64,000 nt of DNA from contig OZ024741.1 in assembly GCA_964016885.1 (NCBI GenBank), positions 217,744,001 to 217,808,000 on the forward strand. Direction: 5' to 3'. Below are positions 56,472-64,000 of the stretch, in pieces (within the stretch, counting starts at the first letter, position 1; each line of letters starts with the position of its first letter). The translations under genes and the position numbers were made by a program. The notes below the pieces were generated by a model, which was given only the letters and a program-made list of their open reading frames with translations, was not told the origin of the DNA and made no database searches. This DNA is from Eledone cirrhosa (taxonomy: Eukaryota).

Positions 56472-57709
56472 TCACCACTACTACCACCAACACCACCATC
56501 ACTACCACCACCGCTATTACAACCACCAACACCACAACTACTACAACAAATACCACTACCAGTACTACAACAACCACCACCACTACCACCACTACATCCA
56601 CTACTACTACCACCACCACCACCACCACCACCTTCACCACCAACACTTCCACCACTACCACCACTAGTACTACCACCACCACCACCAGTAACACCACCCC
56701 ACAACTACCAATATCATCACTACCACCTCCACCATCACCACCATCACCACAACATTCACTACCACTACCACCACCACTACCACCACCACTACCATCACCA
56801 CCACCATTACCACTACCACATCCACCATCACTATTACCACCACCACCATCACCACTACCACCACCACCATCACCACCAGATCTACCACCACTACCACCAC
56901 CAACATCACCACTACCATCTCCACCATCAATACCATATCCACCACCACCACTACTACCATCACCACTACCACGACCAACACCACCACTACCACCAACACC
57001 ACCATCACTACCACCACCGCTATTACAACCACCAACACCACAACTACTACAACAAATACCACTACCAGTACTACAACAACCACCACCACCACTACCACCA
57101 CCAACACTTCCACCACTACCACCACCACCACCACCACTAGTAACACCAGCCCACAACCACCATAATTACCACCAGATCTACCACCACTACCACCACCAAC
57201 ATCACCACTACCATCTCCATCAACAATACCTTATCCACCACCATCACCACTACTACTATCACCACTACCACGCCCAACACCACCACCACCACTACCACCA
57301 ACACCACCATCACTACCACCACTATTACTACCACCAACACTACCACTACTACAACAAATACCACTACCAGTACTACAACAACCACCACCACCACCACCAC
57401 TACCACCACCACCACTACAGCCACTACTACTACCACCACCACCACCACCTTCACCACCAACACCACCACCCCTACCACCACCGCCATCACCACTACCACC
57501 ACCACCACTATTACTACCACCAACAGCACCACTACAGCCACCACCACCACCACCACCACCACCACCACACTACCACCACTACCACCACTACCACCACCAC
57601 TATTACTCTATGTCAATACATATTGATCAGATAAGATGGTATGACTGGTATGTCAGGAATGTTACAGCATCAATCAGCTGAATATTGGAGGAATGTTAAT
57701 ACCTATTGG

Positions 57710-57740
<31 letters not shown>

Positions 57741-58590
57741 GGTGGTGGTGGTCGTCGTGGTGGTCGTGGTAGTGGTGATGGTGGTAGTGGTGGTGATGGT
57801 GGGGGTGGTAGTGGCGATGTTGGTGGTGGTAGTGGTGGTAGATCTGGTGGTGATGGTGGTGGTGGTAGTGGTGATGGTGGTGATGGTGGTGGATGTGGTA
57901 GTGGTAGTGGTGGTGGTGATGGTAGTGGTGGTGGTGGTGGTGGTAGTGGTAGTGAATGTTGTGGTGATGGTGGTGGTGGTGGGGGATGTGGTAGTGGTGG
58001 TGGTGGTGGATGTGGTAGTGGTAGTGGTAGTGAATGTTGTGGTGATGGTGGTAATGGTAGAGGTGGTAATGATGATGTTGGTGTTACCGGTGGTGGTGGT
58101 GGTAGTAGTGGTGGTGTTGATGGCAGTGGTGGTGGTAGTGGTAGTGAATGTTGTGGTGATGGTGGTGATGGTGGTGATGGTGGAGGTGGTAGTGATGATG
58201 TTGGTGGTTGTGGGGTGGTGTTACTGGTGGTCGTGGTGGTGGTGGTAGTGGTGGTGGTAGTGGTGGTGGTGGTGGTGGTGGTGGTGGTGTTGGTGTTAAT
58301 AGTGGAGATGTTGGTTGTGGTTGTAGTGGTGGTGGTGGTGATGTTTGTAGTGATGGTGGAGGTGGTAGTGGTGGTAATGGTGGTTGTTGTTGTTGTGGTG
58401 ATGGTGGTGGTGGTGGTAATGGTGGTGTGGTGGTGGTGGTGGTGTTAATAGTGGGGATGCTGGTTGTGGTGGTGGTGGTAATGGTGGTTGTTGTTGTTGT
58501 GGTGGTGGTGGTGGTGGTGGTGGTAATGGTGGTGTGGTGGTGGTGGTGGTGTTAATAGTGGGATGCTGGTTGTGATGGTGGGGATGTTAT
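56238..58590. repeat. (ACC)-rich tract 56238-57605 and (GGT)-rich tract 57708-58590, related by inversion
   Basis: Shared rare motifs on opposite strands (GGTAGATCTGG, AGTGAATGTTG, GGGGTGGTGTTACTGG). Confidence 0.85.
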
Positions 58591-58664
58591 TTAGTTTACT
58601 GGGTCACCCGACGTAACGTGCTTTGATCTCGTTAGTCCCCTCCCCTCTTTTACCTGATGCCCTA

Positions 58665-59317
<653 letters not shown>

Positions 59318-60000
59318 TGTACTATGGTCATATTCTAAGGTGTGGTGTCACTATTTCTTATCCCAACAACAATCAATGTCTTAGTTGTTTATCGCAATAT
59401 TTCGTCACCAATTGTAGACGGTGACTGTCACAAATATCTAACGTGTGAAAATATCTGTCATCGGTCATGTAGAAATATTTGATTCCCAAATCACAGGCAC
59501 ATACATTTATCATATTTCTGGCAGACATTTGACGACGGATGGTCTCTGCTAGGTTAAAAATATGTCCAAAATGGTACCCCTTTGACTTCATATGAGAGCT
59601 GCACCTTGATAACTGGCGACGGATGGTCTCTGCCAGGTTAAAAATAGGTCCAAAATGGTGCCCTTTCGACTCCATCAGGAGTTACGGTCTTACATATAGT
59701 TTTATTATACAGAAACTACGTAATATGTTAGCGGCAGCTTGATAACGTCTGTTTTTTTCCCATTTGGTGGCTGGTGCGGTCCGTAGTCGGTTTACGAAAT
59801 CGGGAATGCTAGTCGGGCGTTGGTTTAGCGGGGATTATGAGTCCAGGTTTACAGTGTTTTCTAGGTGCTTTGTTTAAGAGTTAAGGCAATTAATGGTCTT
59901 ATGTGCATACGCATACATACACCCATGCACACATCCATTCATACATACATACATACATACATACATACATACATACATACATACATACATACATACATAC

Positions 60001-60458
60001 ATGATGGTTGCAACTCGATTTTGAGTAATGCCATCACTTGATACTTAAGCATGAACATCACGGACCTGGCTTTTTACTCCTGCTAGGGACTTGCCTATGG
60101 CCAGCAATACCATGCATTGCAAAAAATGTCAAATATCAAGTGATGCCTGTGCTTGAAGCTTTTTTAAGGCAGGAAATGCTTTGCACAGGGCCAATCCCAT
60201 TCTCTGAAAATCCAATGCATTTTCCCCAAAAGTTGGAACTGGTCTCCATCATTGGATGAAAACGAAGTTGCAGGTTTTATATCAGAGTGACCTTCTTCTA
60301 GAGAGATGTTTTAATGAAGACTAGGAGTTTCTCGCTCCACAAAATAAATAAATAAATACTATATTGGATGGCCATTGACTCTCTTAAGTTCCTCCGTCCT
60401 TTGAAGGGTTTTGTTTTTCATCCAGCAAGGCGTCCAAAATAACCCTCCTCACCAAGCA
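60001..60458 (-). mobile_element. Internally deleted RTE derivative: 5'UTR joined to 3' end, with a (GTAT)n tail at 59940-60000
   Basis: Colinear similarity to the 5'UTR at 48830-49130; ends in GCAACCATCAT. Confidence 0.75.
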
Positions 60459-60499
60459 TACAAACATACATACATACGTACATACATACATACATACAT

Positions 60500-63400
60500 G
60501 ATGGCTGCAAACTCTGCCAAGAGTATTGCAAACGCTTGCCAGATTCAGATGTGGAACGCTCGGATATGGCTTTTCAAGCCTGCTAGAGACTTGCACACCT
60601 TCACACACTGACGACAACCATGGATCTCTCTGGCTTGAGGTCCCGCATCAGGTTGCCCGTGAACCCTCACAATACCGTGGAGACCATAGTTCACTGGTTC
60701 TCTTTGAACATGGCTGCGACTGTGGCTCCTGAGACCAGATTTGCTCAAGAAAGTTTTTCCACACTCAGGGCACTTCAATTCAATGGAGACACCGATCGTT
60801 TCGAGAGATACACCAGGGCATTGCTTACGCACATCCTTTTGATCTTCTCGTGCTCTATGCGTCTGTCCTCAAAATTATGGACCCCATCATTCACCATTCC
60901 ACGCCAAGCTTCTCTTTCAAAAGCTTCTATCTCCCAGTCAGCCATCATCAAACCAATTTTTTTCAATGAGTCCTTTACACAATCCTTGAATCGAAGCTTT
61001 GGTTTGTGAGGTTGTTTCTTACCCTCACAAAGCTCGCCATACAAGAGTTGTTTTGGGATTCGATCATCCTCAATTCTGCAGAGGTGTCTGGTCCATCAAA
61101 AACGCCGTTTGTGGATGATACTCTCAATGCTCCGACACTCAAGGACCTCAACATCACTCACATGCATCTGCCACTTGATACCAAGCATCTTTCTGAGACA
61201 CTGCTGGTGAAACCCTTCCAGTCTGTGGATATGCCGTTTATAGGCAACCCATGTCTCACATGCATACAGAAAAGCTGACAGTACACATGCAGCATACACT
61301 CTCACCTTGGTCCTCATTGTGATTCCTCGCCTGCACCAAAGACGGTCGTTGAGCCTTCCAAATGACTCACTTGCCTTACTAACACGTGTACGAACTTCTG
61401 CATCCAGAGAGCAGGTAACACTCAGAGTACTCCCCCAATACACAACTGTGTCAGCAGCCTTCAGCTTTTGACCGTATACGTGTATGGAGGGTTCATTGAA
61501 AACTTTATCCGGAGCAGGCTGGTACATGACAACAGTCTTCTTCAGACTGATTGTCAGTCCCAACGCACTGCACGTATTGGAAAAAGAATCCATAAGGTGT
61601 TGCATGTCACTCTGGGAGTGTGCAAAGAGATCACACTCATCTGCATATAAAATTCTCTGATCAAGATACTCAATATCTTAGTGTTGGCAGTGAGACGCCT
61701 AAGGTTACACAGCTTGCCGGAAGTGTGATATCTGAGATAGATACCGTGATGACAATCCTTGAAGGCCATGAAGAACACCATCGCGAAATACAGGCCAAAC
61801 AAAGTTGGTGCATGTATATCACCCTGCTTGACGCCATTTTCAACCAAGATTGGCTCAGACAGTTTACCTCCAACATTCACCAATGCCTGCATGTTATCGT
61901 GCAAGAGTTTCAGAATGTTCACAAACTTTTCAGGACAGCCTAATCTCTGTAAAATAACCCACAAAGCCTTCTGATTAACGGTGTCAAATGCCTTGGTCAG
62001 ATCGACAAAAACTTGGTATAAGTCCATTCGCTGCTCAATGCATTTCTCTTGAAGTTGTTTGGCCGAGAAAATCATGTCACCAGTGCCTCTGCCATTCCTA
62101 AAGCCACATTGGGACTCAGGAAGTACCTCAATAGCATTGTGCTGTATCAATCTGTCCAACAATATCCTGCACTAGATCTTCCCAGCCACAGATAGCAGTG
62201 TAATACCTCTGTAGTTGCCACAGTCATCTTTGGCTCCCTTTCCTTTGTAAAGTACCACCATCAGTGCATTTTTCCAATCCTGTGGCACATCTTCTTCATT
62301 CCAAACATTTACAAAGAGATCAGTGAGGTGGTTTAAGAAGTTATCACCAGCACATTTGAAAATCTCGGCACTCAGTCCATCCATTCCAGGTGACTTGCTG
62401 CTGTTTAATTTGGCAATGGCCTTCACCATCTCATCAAATGAAGGAGGATCAGCCATTCCCAGCTTTGTAGGTCTGGATGGAATCGACCGGATGAACTCAT
62501 CATCAATTTCTGATGGTCTGTTGAGAAGCTCATCAAAGTGGTCATGCCACCTGATCAGGATTTCCTTCGGATCTCTGAGCAATTCCTTGCCGTCCCCGGA
62601 GCGAAGTGGTGATATTTGTGAACCGGTCGGACCATACACCTCCCTGAGCAGACTGTATAGGTGCTTTGTATCATGTCTATCTGAGGCCTTCTGGATTTCA
62701 TCAGCCTTTTGGCTCCACCAGTTATCTTGCATGACTCTCAATCGATGTTGCACGCGTGCTTTGATCTGCCTGAAGGCCCGGTCACTCCTGTCAGAACGTG
62801 TCTCACACAACAATGATGTCAGCACTTTTTGTTTCTCTTCAAGCAAGGTAGGGATCACTGGATCATTTTCATCGAACCAGTCTTTATGCTTTCTATTGGT
62901 ATGACCCAAAACTCCAGCACTAACATCATAGACGGTTTTCTTCAATGATTCCCAAGTGTTTTCACATTCTATGGACTCAAGGGACCTTGAAAGCTCAGCT
63001 CTGACTTTCTCTGTTTTCAGACGAGCCACGTTTAGTTGTTTTGGAAGTGCAACCTTCTTCCCCCTTACTTTGGGCTTCACAACAAATTGAAACTTAGCGC
63101 GCACCAGACGATGATCAGTCCAACATTCCGCGCCTCGCAATACACGAACCAATATGATATCCCTGATATCACGTTTTCTCGTTAAAACGAAGTCAATAAG
63201 GTGCCACTTCTTGGAACCTGGATGCATCCAAGTTGTCTTATATTTGTCTTTCTGCTGAAAGAGCGTGTTCCCAACAACAAGATCCATCTCAGTGCACATC
63301 TGCAACAGAAGTAGGCCATTGTTATTGCACTTACCTACTCCATCCCAGCCCATCACACTCCAAGCTTCCCAGTCATTACCAAGGATGACAATCTTGTCTG

Positions 63401-64000
63401 CATAAGGTATACCATGGATGACCTCTCTCAAAGACATGTAGAAACTTAGTTTTTCATTATCATTAGCACAGACAGTGGGAGCGTACACACTGACCAGAGT
63501 CACAAAGCGGTTTTGAATCAGAGGGACTCTCATGGACATTATCCGATCATTGAAACCACAAGGAAGATTTTCCAGCTTTGAGACGATTCCATTCCTGACT
63601 GCAAATGTGACCCCTGCCTTTCTCCTACAACCCTCTGCTCCACCACTCCAATAGAAGGTATATCCTCCTTCTTTTCTGTGAATTGCTTCTGAAAGAGCAA
63701 CGATGTCCATGCTATAGCGATCGAGTTCCCACGACACCAAAGCAGATCTTCTTTCAGGGCGAGTTTCACTGGACTGGGAATCCAGCAAAGTTCTTACATT
63801 CCAACATCCAATATTCAGAGGTTTTAACCTCCTTGCAGTTGTAGGATGACGACCGGGCCCACGTTGCGGTGTCATGAAAAACCTGCCGGGCCAGACCCCT
63901 TCACAATCATTTCCAGATCCCTTACTGCCATTGACTTCAAGGTTATCATCTGTCAGCATAGAGTTTGGTGCACTTTTAGGATACGGCCAGCCACACGAAC
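60500..64000 (-). mobile_element. Decayed RTE-clade LINE, same family as 48791-52306 (5'UTR cut by the window end)
   Basis: ORF pieces 62172..63959 (APE and RT start), 61554..62162 (FVDLTKAFD, GVKQGD), 61096..61605 and 60545..60832 (two C2H2 fingers). Frameshifted; (GTAT)n tail. Confidence 0.96.

Overview
AT-rich eukaryotic (metazoan) intergenic or intronic DNA. It is most likely an octopus or other cephalopod genome, inferred from the SINE motifs and extreme microsatellite load. No host protein-coding gene is supportable: almost all long ORFs in the track are translations of (TA/CA)n or trinucleotide repeats. Supported content: two decayed near-full-length RTE-clade LINEs in convergent orientation (48.8-52.3 kb +, 60.5-64 kb -); other RTE, Penelope-like (GIY-YIG) and CRE-like fragments; many tRNA-derived SINEs; three MITEs; several minisatellites; and two copies of an intron-containing tRNA-Lys(TTT). 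The strongest hidden signal is a set of about 15 minimal type I hammerhead ribozyme motifs (CTGANGA-stem II-GAAA-short, usually palindromic stem III-UH), plus degenerate ones, in several sequence families with compensatory base changes. They sit in 200-450 bp non-coding modules embedded in (TA)n tracts. The modules often take the form 'inverted partial copy + direct copy + stem-loop tail', like miniature non-autonomous Penelope pLTR or retrozyme elements. Structures were folded by eye; no database search or folding program was run.
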